DNA of 64,000 nucleotides from an uncultured Massilia sp. (lineage in GTDB: Bacteria; Pseudomonadota; Gammaproteobacteria; Burkholderiales; Burkholderiaceae_D): contig CAJYQM010000090.1 of NCBI GenBank assembly GCA_913777025.1, forward strand, positions 5,800-69,799. The letters run 5' to 3'. The first letter of the stretch is position 1; every line of letters begins with the position of its first letter. The notes under the pieces are model-generated. The model saw nothing but the letters and a program-made list of their open reading frames with translations. It was not told the origin of the DNA and searched no databases. Both the position numbers and the translations under genes were made by a program. Shown here one piece after another: positions 29,617 to 43,180 of this stretch.

Positions 29617-29646
29617 GCTATCTCCTTCGGTTTCCTTCAGTTTCCT

Positions 29647-30183
29647 TCAGTGGGAACGGCCGGGCAACATGCGGCGCATGGTGCCGTCGCGGTCGACGAT
29701 CGTATGCTTCAGCGCGGCCAGCACGTGCAGGCCGACCAGGGCGGCCATCGACATGTTCAGCCAGTAGTGCACACTTTTCAGGGTCTCGGCCAGCGCCGGG
29801 TTCTTCGCAATCAGGACCGGCAGCTGGAACAGTCCGAAGTACACGACCGGGAAGCCGGCCGCCAGCGTGTAGAAATACCCGGAAATCGGCACCGCAAAAA
29901 TGAACACGTACAGCAGGTGGTGCAGGCCGTGCGCGGCGGCGCGCTGCCAGGCCGGCATCGCCGCCGTGAGTGCGGGCGGGCGGTGCCCCAGGCGCCACAG
30001 CAGGCGCAGGACGGCCAGCGCCATCACGGTCACGCCGGCCCACTTGTGCCAGGCATAGTAGCGCAGCTTGGTGGGTGAAAAGCCCGGGATGTCGGTCATG
30101 ACCAGGCCCAGCGTGAACGCGCCGATGATCAGGATGGCGATCAGCCAGTGGAGCGCGATCGCGGTCGTGGTGTAGCGCTGCAT
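29647..30183 (-). CDS. Cytochrome b561 (YceJ/CybB-like)
   Basis: ALHWLIA, WHKWAG, HHLLY, LHVLAALKH heme-ligand motifs. Confidence 0.92.
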   Translation of the reverse strand: MQRYTTTAIALHWLIAILIIGAFTLGLVMTDIPGFSPTKLRYYAWHKWAGVTVMALAVLRLLWRLGHRPPALTAAMPAWQRAAAHGLHHLLYVFIFAVPISGYFYTLAAGFPVVYFGLFQLPVLIAKNPALAETLKSVHYWLNMSMAALVGLHVLAALKHTIVDRDGTMRRMLPGRSH

Positions 30184-30468
30184 GGTGGCTCCATCAATGG
30201 TTGGGTTCGGAATGAATATTAGCAAACAAGTTCGCCGTAATGACTGGCCTTCTGGAAACTATTGCACCGGCGATGGACATGACTGTAACCGTTCCATCTT
30301 TCGCTTGGAAGCCAAGCCAGCGGATAACATTGTTCAGCCAGCGGCACAATCCCAACATTTTCGACAAGTATTATTGTCATATATATTCATACTATTGCGA
30401 TTCTGTCTAGGGTGTGCGGGACTTAAGAAGTTAAAATGTTGACGAAGACTATTTAAAAAAGATAATCG

Positions 30469-32427
30469 TTGGATACGTCAATTTCCTGCAAGTCAAGTCT
30501 CTTGCTCGCCGCCGCCATGTGCGCCTGCGTGCCGCTGCTCGCATCCGCACAGGCAGGCGCCAGCGGCCGGCAGCAGGCGGCCGATTTCGCCGACCTGTCG
30601 ATCGAGGAGCTGGCCAACATCGAAGTCACCTCCGTTTCCCGGCGCCCCGAGCGCCTGCAGGACGCGCCGGCCTCGGTGTTCGTGATCACCGCCGAGGACC
30701 TGCGCCGCGCAGGCAGCCGCAGCCTGCCGGAAGCGCTGCGCCTGGCGCCCAACCTGCAGGTGGCGCGCCTCAGCAATACCGGGTACTACATCTCGGCGCG
30801 CGGCATGAACGGCACCAGCAACAGCCCCGCGAACAAACTGCTGGTGATGATCGACGGCCGTTCGGTGTATTCGCCGCTGTTCTCGGGCGTGTTCTGGGAC
30901 GAGCCGGACGTCATGCTGGAAGACGTCGAGCGCATCGAAGTGATCAGCGGCCCGGGCGGCACGCTGTGGGGCGTGAACGCGGTCAACGGCGTGATCAACA
31001 TCACGACGCGGCATACCGAGGGTACGCGCGGCGACCTGGCCATGCTGCGCGCCGACGAGGATGGCGCCCAGCTGGCGTTCCGCCATGGCGCCGGCGACGA
31101 GGCGGGCAGCTGGCGCATCTACGGCAAGCTGTTCGGCCAGGGCCATGGCGAGCTGGGTTCGGGCCAGGCGATCGACGACGACTGGACCCAGGGCCAGGTC
31201 GGCCTGCGCGCCGACTGGATGCGCGGGGCGGACCGCTACAGCGTCAACGCCAACGCCTGGCGCGGCCGCGAGGGCCAGCCGGCGCCCGGCGTCGTCGCCG
31301 TGCCCGGCGCCAGCGTGGGCCTGGCCGACATCGACACCCACGGGGCCAACGTCACCGGACGCTGGGAGCGCACGCTGGAAGACGGCGCCAGCCTTGCCGT
31401 GCAGGCCTATTACGACAGGCGCTACCGCAAGGTGCCGCCGACCTTTACCGACACCGTCGACATCGCCGACGTCCAGTTCCAGCACGCGCTGGCACCGCTG
31501 GGGCGGCACCTGGTCGTCTGGGGCGGCGAATACCGCTACAACCGGGACCACGTCGACAACAGCCGTTTCGTCGCCTTCCTGCCGGCCCGCGACAAGCAGG
31601 ACTGGGCCAGCCTGTTCGCCCAGGACCAGATCGCGCTGCGCGAGACCCTGCACCTGACCGCGGGCGTACGCTACGAGCGCAACCCGTACACGGGCGCCGA
31701 ATTCCTGCCCAGCCTGCGCCTGTCCTGGCGCGCCACGCCGGCTCACGCCTTCTGGGCAGCGGCCTCGCGCACCGTGCGCGCGCCGTCGCGCCTGGACGTC
31801 GACAGCTACAGTCCCGGCGCGCCACCCTACGTGCTGGCCGGCGGCGGCGGCGTGCGCGCCGAGGTGGCACGCGTGTTCGAGCTGGGCTACCGCGGCCAGG
31901 TGAGCCAGATGCTGTCGTATTCGGTCACGGCTTTCCGCAACCTGTACGACCACCTGCGCACCCAGGAATTGTCGCCCGACGGCCGCAGCCTCGTGTTCGG
32001 CAACATGATGACGGGGCAGTCGCGCGGCATCGAAGCCTGGGGCAGCCTGCAGCTCAGCGACGCCTGGCGCCTGTCGGCCGGCGCCACCGCGCTGCACGAG
32101 AAGTTCTCGCTGGCGCCGGGCAGCCGCGACCCGGGCAGCCCGCTGGCCGCCGGCCTCGATCCGGCCTGGACGGCCCAGCTGCGTTCCAGCTATGCCTTCG
32201 ATGCCCGGCGCGAGCTGGAAGTCGCGGTCAGGCACGCGGGTGCCACGCTGCCGGCGGTGCCGGCCTACACGGCGCTCGATGCGCGCTTCGGCTGGCGGGT
32301 CAGCCCGGGTATGGAGGTGTCGGTAATCGGGACCAACCTGAATGGCGGCCACGGCGAATACGGCCCGGCATCGGTGAGGACCGAGGTGCCGAGGACGGTG
32401 GGGGTGAAGGTGGTGTGGACGAGGTAG
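30469..32427 (+). CDS. TonB-dependent receptor (start uncertain)
   Basis: DLSIEELANIEVTSVSRR, plug motif ERIEVISGPGGTLWGVNAVNGVINIIT-like, C-terminal beta strands. Confidence 0.88.
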   Translation: MDTSISCKSSLLLAAAMCACVPLLASAQAGASGRQQAADFADLSIEELANIEVTSVSRRPERLQDAPASVFVITAEDLRRAGSRSLPEALRLAPNLQVARLSNTGYYISARGMNGTSNSPANKLLVMIDGRSVYSPLFSGVFWDEPDVMLEDVERIEVISGPGGTLWGVNAVNGVINITTRHTEGTRGDLAMLRADEDGAQLAFRHGAGDEAGSWRIYGKLFGQGHGELGSGQAIDDDWTQGQVGLRADWMRGADRYSVNANAWRGREGQPAPGVVAVPGASVGLADIDTHGANVTGRWERTLEDGASLAVQAYYDRRYRKVPPTFTDTVDIADVQFQHALAPLGRHLVVWGGEYRYNRDHVDNSRFVAFLPARDKQDWASLFAQDQIALRETLHLTAGVRYERNPYTGAEFLPSLRLSWRATPAHAFWAAASRTVRAPSRLDVDSYSPGAPPYVLAGGGGVRAEVARVFELGYRGQVSQMLSYSVTAFRNLYDHLRTQELSPDGRSLVFGNMMTGQSRGIEAWGSLQLSDAWRLSAGATALHEKFSLAPGSRDPGSPLAAGLDPAWTAQLRSSYAFDARRELEVAVRHAGATLPAVPAYTALDARFGWRVSPGMEVSVIGTNLNGGHGEYGPASVRTEVPRTVGVKVVWTR

Positions 32428-32447
32428 GAAGCGACGGATGCGTACCA

Positions 32448-32476
32448 CGTCGCCCCCGCGGAGGCGGGGGCCCAAG
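32448..32476 (+). repeat. CGTC-type REP (second family)
   Basis: CGTCGCCCCCGCGGAGGCGGGGGCCCAAG; related copies at 35694, 35786 and 54526. Confidence 0.75.
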
Positions 32477-32531
32477 TTGCAAGCGTGACGTCAGCGCAAG
32501 CAGAACCTGGATGACGTTGACTCGCTAACGC

Positions 32532-33920
<1,389 letters not shown>

Positions 33921-34081
33921 TCAGGCTTGAAATAGCAAAGACCGCGATTCTACCATCGGCCGCCCGGCTGGCGCCGGGTTTGTCAAGTCGCATTTTGGCG
34001 GGCGTTGCAAGGAATTACGGGCCTGTCGGCGGGCGGAAGGCCGATGCTATACTGTCTGCCACCTCCCTAAACTGAGCATTT

Positions 34082-34699
34082 ATGAAACTCATCGGTTCTG
34101 TCACCAGTCCCTATGTGCGCAAGGTGCGCGTCGTGTTGGCAGAGAAAAAGCTCGACTATGTGTTCGAGCTCGAGAACGTCTGGTCGGCGGATACGAAAAT
34201 CTCCGCCTCCAATCCGCTCGGCAAGGTACCCTGCCTGGTCATGGAAGAGGGCAGCGCCATGTACGACTCGCGCGTAATCGTCGAATACCTCGACACCCTG
34301 ACCCCGGTCTGCAAGCTGCTGCCGGCCAACAGCCGCGACCGCGCCAACGTCAAGGTGTGGGAGGCGCTGGCCGACGGCGTCGGCGATGCCGCCGTGCTGG
34401 CCTTCCTGGAACGCACCCAGCGTCCCGCCGAGCTGCAGAGCCAGGCCTGGATCGACCGCCAGATCGGCAAGGTCCGCAACGGCCTGCGCGTCATGTCCGA
34501 GAACCTGGGCGAGCAGCCGTTCTGCATGGGTATCCATTACACGCTGGCCGACGTCGCCGTCGGCTGCGTGCTCGGCTGGCTGGCGCTGCGCTTCCCCGAA
34601 ATCGACTGGCGCGGCGACTACCCGAACCTGGCGCGCCTGTTCGACAAGCTGTCGGAGCGTACCTCGTTCAAGGACAGCGTGCCGGTCCTGCCCAAGTGA
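34082..34699 (+). CDS. Glutathione S-transferase
   Basis: SPYVRKVR, NPLGKVPCL, DSRVIVEYLD, TLADVA. Confidence 0.92.
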   Translation: MKLIGSVTSPYVRKVRVVLAEKKLDYVFELENVWSADTKISASNPLGKVPCLVMEEGSAMYDSRVIVEYLDTLTPVCKLLPANSRDRANVKVWEALADGVGDAAVLAFLERTQRPAELQSQAWIDRQIGKVRNGLRVMSENLGEQPFCMGIHYTLADVAVGCVLGWLALRFPEIDWRGDYPNLARLFDKLSERTSFKDSVPVLPK

Positions 34700-34710
34700 G
34701 TCCGCACGCC

Positions 34711-35667
34711 ATGGCCAGCGCGCCGTCCACCATCATCTTCGGTGAAGCCCTGGTCGACGAATTCCCGACCGGGCAAGTGGTGGGCGGCGCGCCGTTCAAC
34801 GTGGCGCGCCACCTGGCGGCCTTCATGGCGCCGCCGCTGACCATCACCCGCATCGGCGACGACCGCAACGGCCTGGCCGTGCGCGCCGAGTTCGAGCGTT
34901 TCGTGATGGCGGACACCGGCCTGCAGCTCGACCCGATCGAGGAAACCGGCCGCGTGGTGGTCGAGCGTAGCGGCCAGGGAGCCGGCCACCGGGACGCCGG
35001 CCGTCGCTTCACGATCCTGCCGCGCCAGGCCTACGACTTCATCGACCCCAGGGCGGCCGTGGCCAGCCTTGCCGGCACCGAGCCCGGGGCGGTCTATTTC
35101 GGCACCCTGGCCCAGCGCGAGGAACGCTCGCGCCAGGCGCTGGATGCCGTCCTCGCCGCCACCAGCGCGACCCGCTTCCTCGACCTCAACCTGCGTCACG
35201 GCCAGTCCGGCGAAGCGATCGCCACCCGCAGCTTGCTGGCGGCCGACATCGTCAAGGTCAACGAAGAGGAATTGCAGTCGCTGTTCCAGTGGTATTTCCA
35301 GATCGGCCCGAACGACGGTCAACTGTCCACGGACGAGGTGCATGCGGCCTGCCGCGCGCTGATGGACCGTTTCAGCCTGGAAGGCCTGATCGTGACGCTG
35401 GGCCACCGCGGCTCGGTGTATTTCGGCGCGGACGGCAGCCTGCTCGCCAACCGCGACAATCCGGCGCCACCCTTCGTCATCGACACGGTGGGGGCGGGCG
35501 ATGCCTTCTCGGCGATCTTCCTGCTGGGACGGGTGCGGGGCTGGCCGCTCGAACTGACGCTGGCGCGCGCGAACGAGTTCGCCGGGGCGATCTGCGCGGT
35601 GACCGGGGCGGTGCCGCGGGATATGAATTTCTACGACAAGTGGGTGGGGCGCTGGCGGGATAGTTGA
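34711..35667 (+). CDS. PfkB-family carbohydrate kinase
   Basis: FGEALVD, GGAPFNVA, DLNLR, KVNEEE, DTVGAGDAF. Confidence 0.92.
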   Translation: MASAPSTIIFGEALVDEFPTGQVVGGAPFNVARHLAAFMAPPLTITRIGDDRNGLAVRAEFERFVMADTGLQLDPIEETGRVVVERSGQGAGHRDAGRRFTILPRQAYDFIDPRAAVASLAGTEPGAVYFGTLAQREERSRQALDAVLAATSATRFLDLNLRHGQSGEAIATRSLLAADIVKVNEEELQSLFQWYFQIGPNDGQLSTDEVHAACRALMDRFSLEGLIVTLGHRGSVYFGADGSLLANRDNPAPPFVIDTVGAGDAFSAIFLLGRVRGWPLELTLARANEFAGAICAVTGAVPRDMNFYDKWVGRWRDS

Positions 35668-35693
35668 CTTGTCGCTCCCGGCACTGCCGGAAA

Positions 35694-35818
35694 CGACTCC
35701 CCGCGAAAGCGGGGATCCATGCTGAGCAACAAAAAATCAGGGCACCTGTGATACCGCGGTGATTTCGAAACACCAACTTCGGAAACTCAGTATGCGTTCC
35801 CGTTTTCACGGGAACGCC
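35694..35818. repeat. Inverted pair of CGTC-type REPs between convergent pfkB and bfr
   Basis: CGACTCCCCGCGAAAGCGGGGATCCATGCTGAG and reverse-oriented GGCGTTCCCGTGAAAACGGGAACGCATACTGAG. Confidence 0.7.
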
Positions 35819-35831
35819 ATGTGGCGATAAC

Positions 35832-36305
35832 TCAGTCTTCGCCCATCTGGCTCTGCAGGTAGTTCTGGATGCCCACCTTCACGATCAGGTCCAGCTGCGT
35901 CTCCAGCCATTCGATATGCTCTTCGGTATCCGTCAGGATATCGAGCAGCAGGTCACGCGACACATAGTCGTGCGCCACTTCGGCCGCCGCGATGCCTTCC
36001 TTGACCGTGACCTGGGCCGCGCGCTCGAGCTTGAGGTCGCATTCCAGCATTTCCTGGGCCGATTCGCCGATCAGGAGCTTGTGCAGCGCCTGCAGGTTGG
36101 GCAGGCCGTCGAGCATCAGGATGCGGTCGATCAGGCGGTCGGCGTGCTTCATTTCGCCGATCGATTCGTCGTATTCCTTCTTGCCGAGCTTGGTAAAGCC
36201 CCAGTGCTTGTACATGCGCGCATGCAAGAAGTACTGGTTGATTGCGGTCAGCTCGTTGGTCAGCTGCGCGTTCAGCAGCCTGATGATGTTGGGATCGCCC
36301 TTCAT
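35832..36305 (-). CDS. bfr: Bacterioferritin
   Basis: [37 protein letters not shown]. Confidence 0.97.
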   Translation of the reverse strand: MKGDPNIIRLLNAQLTNELTAINQYFLHARMYKHWGFTKLGKKEYDESIGEMKHADRLIDRILMLDGLPNLQALHKLLIGESAQEMLECDLKLERAAQVTVKEGIAAAEVAHDYVSRDLLLDILTDTEEHIEWLETQLDLIVKVGIQNYLQSQMGED

Positions 36306-36365
36306 GGATTGCCTTTTCGGTGTTTGATGGCAGCATGATAGCAAACGGAAGACCAGGAAAAACGA

Positions 36366-37046
36366 CTAAATTGCGGTCAGCGCCAAGCTCCCCGCCGCCA
36401 GCAGCGACAGCGCGCCGATCGCCACGCCAATCGCGCGCCGCCTGTTGCTCAAAGCCCACGACGCCGCCACGGACAGCGACAGCAGGGCGATCGCGCCGGC
36501 CAGCGTGTCGGCCAGCAGCACCCAGGCCATGCCGATCCCTGTGCCCTTGTGCAGGCTGGACAGGGTGGCCAACACATTGTTGTCCAGGCGTTTCAGCGTG
36601 ACGTAACTGTTGCCGACCCAGTATTCGGCCTGGACCTCGCCGGCCGGGGAGGCGAAGCTGGCGCTCCAGCGCGCCGGCTGGACCATCGACCGGGCGCCCC
36701 AGGCCACGGGGCGGGCCGGCTCCAGCCGGATCGCGCGCGGATCGGGTTCCAGCTTGAGCGAGGATTTCAGCCAGGCGGCGAGCGCCTGCGGGTCAGGTGG
36801 CGCGGGTTGCGGCAGCGGCACCTGGACCGTGGTTTCGCGCGCCTGGGCCGGGGGCATCCCGGGTCCGGCGCGGTGGTTGAGGAGGAGGCCGGCGCTGCCG
36901 GACAGCAGGCCGAGCACGGCGCCCCAGAGGCCGATCCAGCCGTGCATCCTGCGCAGCCAGGCCAGGACGACGGCGCGGCGCGAAGGGACTGGCGGGGGCT
37001 CGACCCTGAAAGGGGTTCTTGGTGAGCGGAACGGGATAACAGGCAT
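36366..37046 (-). CDS. PepSY-associated TM helix domain protein
   Basis: WLRRMHGWIGLWG..LLLNH, LHKGTG..WVLLAD. Confidence 0.8.
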   Translation of the reverse strand: MPVIPFRSPRTPFRVEPPPVPSRRAVVLAWLRRMHGWIGLWGAVLGLLSGSAGLLLNHRAGPGMPPAQARETTVQVPLPQPAPPDPQALAAWLKSSLKLEPDPRAIRLEPARPVAWGARSMVQPARWSASFASPAGEVQAEYWVGNSYVTLKRLDNNVLATLSSLHKGTGIGMAWVLLADTLAGAIALLSLSVAASWALSNRRRAIGVAIGALSLLAAGSLALTAI

Positions 37047-37237
37047 AAGACGGGCGCCCTGGCTGCTATGAAGCTCACATAGTACCAAGACGCGCGCCAC
37101 CCGGCCGTGCATGCGCATCGATATGTGCAACGCAAGATTTCGATACGGAGCGGGCTGCTTCCGCCGGGAAAATACACGCGCGGCCGGCATCGCCGGTGCG
37201 CCTTGCGCGGCAATGCCGGACGGAAAAGAGGGGAGTC

Positions 37238-37456
37238 TTACGCGACCAGGCCACCCGCCCGCGTGCGGCGCAGTTCGGTGACGGTGGTCTTGCTGTCCAG
37301 GTGTTCGTTCATCACTTCGCGGGCGTAGCTGACGCACTTGCCGCAGCAGGTGCCGACGCCGAGTTCCTTGTACAGGTCGGCCATCGAAGTGAGGCCGAGG
37401 TCGACCGCCTGGCGGATTTCACGGTCGGAGATGTTGTTGCAGACACAGACGATCAT
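37238..37456 (-). CDS. bfd: Bacterioferritin-associated ferredoxin
   Basis: MIVCVCNNISD..GTCCGKC. Confidence 0.93.
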   Translation of the reverse strand: MIVCVCNNISDREIRQAVDLGLTSMADLYKELGVGTCCGKCVSYAREVMNEHLDSKTTVTELRRTRAGGLVA

Positions 37457-37485
37457 GGCGTGATAAGGGAAGTTGTTTGACCTAT

Positions 37486-37504
37486 AATGCGAATCATTCT
37501 CATT
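37486..37504. promoter_or_regulatory. Fur box upstream of bfd
   Basis: AATGCGAATCATTCTCATT. Confidence 0.85.
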
Positions 37505-37603
37505 CGGTTTTGTATTCTCCTGAAGTCCGATAGCGAATGCAAGCGTTTTTGTTGTGTCTGTGCGCGGAATCAGCGTTAACCCGGCCGAAGTAGACAAAGC
37601 GCA

Positions 37604-37622
37604 AATAGAAATAATTCGCATT
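37604..37622. promoter_or_regulatory. Fur box upstream of feoA
   Basis: Reverse complement AATGCGAATTATTTCTATT. Confidence 0.7.
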
Positions 37623-37680
37623 TAGGTTTATGATGCACACATCTGTCTCATCAGCGCTACATCGAACTGGAAGCGACATC

Positions 37681-37959
37681 ATGACTCTTGCACCCACCCT
37701 GACCACGCTGGACGCCCTCAAGGCCGGCCAGAGCGCCACCGTCATCCATCTCGTGCCCGACGCGCATGGCGGCGCCAGCGCCCCGGATCGCAGCGGCGAC
37801 ATCCAGCGCCGCCTGATGGAACTCGGCTTCGTCCCGGGCGAACGCATCCGCATGCTCAAGGGCGGCCTGCCGGGCGGTCCGCTCGCCATCAAGGTTGGCC
37901 AATCCACGTTTGCCCTGCGCCGTTTCGAAGCGGCGCTGATCTCGGTGCAGCCCGAATAA
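37681..37959 (+). CDS. feoA: Ferrous iron transport protein A
   Basis: RRLMELGFVPGE..PLAIKVG..FALRRFEA. Confidence 0.93.
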   Translation: MTLAPTLTTLDALKAGQSATVIHLVPDAHGGASAPDRSGDIQRRLMELGFVPGERIRMLKGGLPGGPLAIKVGQSTFALRRFEAALISVQPE

Positions 37960-37972
37960 CGGAATCGATACA

Positions 37973-39874
<1,902 letters not shown>

Positions 39875-39876
39875 TC

Positions 39877-40140
39877 ATGATCCAGTATCTCGTCGTCGCC
39901 CTCGTCGTGCTGCTGGCTGCGCTGTATGCGGCCGGCAAGTACCTGCCGGTGTCGGTACGGCGCACGCTGGTGTATAAACTGCGCGACCACGGCCGGGGCG
40001 ACGGCAAGCTGGCGCGCTGGCTGGACAAGGATGGCAGCTGCGGCAGCGGCTGCGATACCTGCGGCAGCTGCGGCCCGGCGCCGCTGCCGCAGAAGGACGC
40101 CAAGGGCCGGAAGGTCATCCAGCTGCACGTGAAGCGCTGA
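39877..40140 (+). CDS. FeoB-associated Cys-rich membrane protein
   Basis: N-terminal TM helix and CGSGCDTCGSC; 2 nt after the feoB stop. Confidence 0.8.
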   Translation: MIQYLVVALVVLLAALYAAGKYLPVSVRRTLVYKLRDHGRGDGKLARWLDKDGSCGSGCDTCGSCGPAPLPQKDAKGRKVIQLHVKR

Positions 40141-40227
40141 GCGGTGCAGGCGCGGAAATGTCACGAGCCCGGCGGGCTTCGTGAAACTGTGACATCATGC
40201 CTGTCCTTCCCGACCAGCCTTGAACCC

Positions 40228-42354
40228 ATGCCGTCCGAACCTGCGCCGCCCGCCATCATCGACCATCTGGCCAGTCCCGACATGCGGTTCAGGGAATTGT
40301 TCGAACAGGCCCCGGTGAGCATCCAGATCCTGGCGCCCGACGGGCGCACGCTGCGCGTCAACAAGGCCTGGGAAGATCTCTGGCAGATCCCCGCAGGGTC
40401 GGCACTCGGGCAGTACATCTTCGGCGAGTACAACGTCCTCACGGATCCGCAACTGGTCGACAGCGGCATCGCGGCGCGCCTGCGGCGTGCGTTTGCCGGC
40501 GAATCGGTCCAGATCCCGGCCATCCGCTACGACGTGGCGGCACTGGGCGCGGGCGGACCCGCGCGCTGGGTCACCGCACGGGCGCATGCCATCAAGGACC
40601 CTGCCGGACACATTCTCGAAGTCATGCTGATGCATGAGGACATCACGGAGCGCGTGGAGGCGGAAGCCGCCCAGCGCCTGCGCGAAGAGCGCTTCCGCTC
40701 CCTGGTGATGGCGACCTCGCAGATCGTCTGGACCAACACGCCCGACGGCCGGGTCGAGGAGGATTCGCCCTCATGGCGCGCCTTTACCGGCCAGTCCTAC
40801 GACGAGTGGAAGGAATTCGGGTGGCTGGACGCCGTGCATCCCGAAGACCGGGCGAAAACCAGGGCACTCTGGGCCGCGTGCGTGGCATCGACATCCCTGT
40901 TCGAGACCGAGTACCGGGTCCGCCGCGCCGACGGCAGCTACCGCTGGATGGCGGTCAAGGGCGTGCCGATCTTCGGCGCCAGCGGCGCGATCCGCGAATG
41001 GATCGGCGCGAATACCGATATCCACGAGACGGTGACGGCGCAGGCCGAGGTGGTCGAGCGGCTGAACCGCGAAAAGCGCAATGCCGTCCTGCTGGCCAAG
41101 GTGGCACAGGCCTCGCGCACCCTGCATACGGCGCTGGCGAGCGACGGCATCGCCGAGGCGCTGGTGAGCGAGGTGCGCGACATCCTCGAAGTGCACCAGG
41201 CCGTGGTGTCCCTGACCTCAGGCGAAAACTGGGCGCAGGGGATCACCGCGGTTTCCCTGTCCGACAAATATGCCGCTTTCCGCGATTACGCTGTCAAGAC
41301 CGACGGCAGCGGCATCTACGCCGAGGTGTGCCGCACCAACCGGGTGATGCGCTTTACCCAGGCGCAGCTGGAAGCCCATCCCGCGTGGCGCGCCTTCGGC
41401 AGCCAGGCGCGCGCCCACCCGCCGATGCGTGGCTGGCTGGCCGTGCCCCTGATCGACCGCGCCGGCAAGAACCTCGGCCTGATCCAGGCATCGGACAAGA
41501 TCGAGGGCGACTTCACGGAAGAAGACGAGGCGATCCTGGTGCAGCTGGCCTCGATCGCGTCGAACGGTTTCGAGAATGCGCGGCTGTATGGTTCGCTGCA
41601 GGAGCAGGACCGGCGCAAGGATGAATTCCTGGCCATGCTGGCCCATGAGCTGCGCAATCCGCTGGCGCCGATTTCCGCCGCCGCGGACATGCTCAGGATC
41701 GGCACCGCCAGCGAGGAGCGCGTACGCCGGGCGAGCGAGGTCATCAGCCGCCAGGTGCGCCATATGACCTCGCTGGTGGACGATTTGCTGGATGTCTCGC
41801 GCGTCACCCGCGGCCTGGTCCAGCTCGATACGTCCGTGCTCGATCCGATGACGATCGTCGCCAATGCCGTCGAGCAGTCCCGGCCCATGATCGAAGCGCG
41901 CGGCCATGTCCTCACGGTCGACGGCGACGCCGGCGGCGCGCGCATCCTGGGCGATCCGAACCGCCTCGTGCAGGTGCTGGTCAACTTGCTCAACAATGCC
42001 GCGAAATATACGCCGCCGGGCGGGCGCATCGCGCTGCTGGTCGCGCGCCAGGCGCCGGCGGTATCGATCAGCGTGCGCGACAATGGCGTCGGCATCGAAC
42101 CGCAGCTGCTGCCGCATGTATTCGACCTGTTCACCCAGGCCCAGAGGTCGCCCGACAGGGCCCAGGGCGGCCTGGGCATCGGCCTGGCCCTGGTGAAAAC
42201 CATCATGGCCCTGCACGGCGGCACGGTGGCCGTACAAAGCGACGGCCAGGGGAACGGCAGCGTGTTCACGGTCAGCTTCAACGTGCTTGCGGATCTTCCG
42301 GCCAGTTCAAGGCCAGCAGTTCCATCAGGCGCTTCGCATCGAACGGCGCCCTGA
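40228..42354 (+). CDS. PAS-PAS-GAF sensor histidine kinase
   Basis: VHPEDR PAS, FTEEDEAIL GAF, AHELRNPL, NNAAKYT, DNGVGI, GGLGIGL. Confidence 0.9.
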   Translation: MPSEPAPPAIIDHLASPDMRFRELFEQAPVSIQILAPDGRTLRVNKAWEDLWQIPAGSALGQYIFGEYNVLTDPQLVDSGIAARLRRAFAGESVQIPAIRYDVAALGAGGPARWVTARAHAIKDPAGHILEVMLMHEDITERVEAEAAQRLREERFRSLVMATSQIVWTNTPDGRVEEDSPSWRAFTGQSYDEWKEFGWLDAVHPEDRAKTRALWAACVASTSLFETEYRVRRADGSYRWMAVKGVPIFGASGAIREWIGANTDIHETVTAQAEVVERLNREKRNAVLLAKVAQASRTLHTALASDGIAEALVSEVRDILEVHQAVVSLTSGENWAQGITAVSLSDKYAAFRDYAVKTDGSGIYAEVCRTNRVMRFTQAQLEAHPAWRAFGSQARAHPPMRGWLAVPLIDRAGKNLGLIQASDKIEGDFTEEDEAILVQLASIASNGFENARLYGSLQEQDRRKDEFLAMLAHELRNPLAPISAAADMLRIGTASEERVRRASEVISRQVRHMTSLVDDLLDVSRVTRGLVQLDTSVLDPMTIVANAVEQSRPMIEARGHVLTVDGDAGGARILGDPNRLVQVLVNLLNNAAKYTPPGGRIALLVARQAPAVSISVRDNGVGIEPQLLPHVFDLFTQAQRSPDRAQGGLGIGLALVKTIMALHGGTVAVQSDGQGNGSVFTVSFNVLADLPASSRPAVPSGASHRTAP

Positions 42355-43171
42355 CCTTGATGTCGTTGTCGAAGTAGCAGTACACATCGCGGCTGGCGCG
42401 CTCCGGCGGCGGCACCGGGGAGACCAGCCGCGCATCCTGCGGCTGCTTCCCTTCGCTCCACGCGCGGATGCGCCGCGCCCAGCGTTCCAGCGCATCGTCC
42501 TCGTAGCCGCTCGCGTACAGCTCATGCTCGCCGTGCAGGCGGATGTACATGAAGTCCGCCGTCACGTCCTCGTCGTCCGGCCACTTGCCGGCGGTGTCGG
42601 CCACCACCAGCGCCACCTTGTACTTGCGGAGCAGGGCGATGAAGGCCTCGTCGCGGAAGCTCTCGTGACGGACTTCGATCGCGTGGCGCAGCGGGCGCAC
42701 GGCGTCGATCTCGAGCAGGCTACGGTCCGCCATCTTCTCGTCGTGGCCGCGCGCCATGGCCAGCGCCTGGCCGGTGTCGCGCGGCAGCAGGCTGAGGAAA
42801 TGCTCGATCTTGTCCGGCTCGAAGCGCAGCTGCGGCGGGAATTGCCACAGGATGGGACCGAGCTTCTCGCGCAGCGCGAACACGCCGGAGGCCAGCACGT
42901 TGGCCAGCGGCGTCTCGATGCCGCGCAGCTTGAGCATGTGGGTGATGAACTTGTTGCGCTTGACGGCGAACACGAAGCCGGGCGGCGTGGCGGCATACCA
43001 GGCGGCATAGCTGTTCGGCCGCTGCAGCGAATAGAAGGACCCGTTGATTTCGATGGTGGGCAGGTATCTCGATGCGTAATCGAGCTCGCGCGCCTGCGCC
43101 AGTCCGCGCGGGTAGAACACGCCGCGCCAGGGTTCGTAGCGCCAGCCCGAAATGCCGATGTGGATTGCCAT
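42278..43171 (-). CDS. DUF72 (YecE-like) protein
   Basis: IGISGWRY, IEINGSFY, YIRLHG, YCYFDND. Confidence 0.92.
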   Translation of the reverse strand: MAIHIGISGWRYEPWRGVFYPRGLAQARELDYASRYLPTIEINGSFYSLQRPNSYAAWYAATPPGFVFAVKRNKFITHMLKLRGIETPLANVLASGVFALREKLGPILWQFPPQLRFEPDKIEHFLSLLPRDTGQALAMARGHDEKMADRSLLEIDAVRPLRHAIEVRHESFRDEAFIALLRKYKVALVVADTAGKWPDDEDVTADFMYIRLHGEHELYASGYEDDALERWARRIRAWSEGKQPQDARLVSPVPPPERASRDVYCYFDNDIKVRAPFDAKRLMELLALNWPEDPQAR

Positions 43172-43180
43172 GCCCCGATC

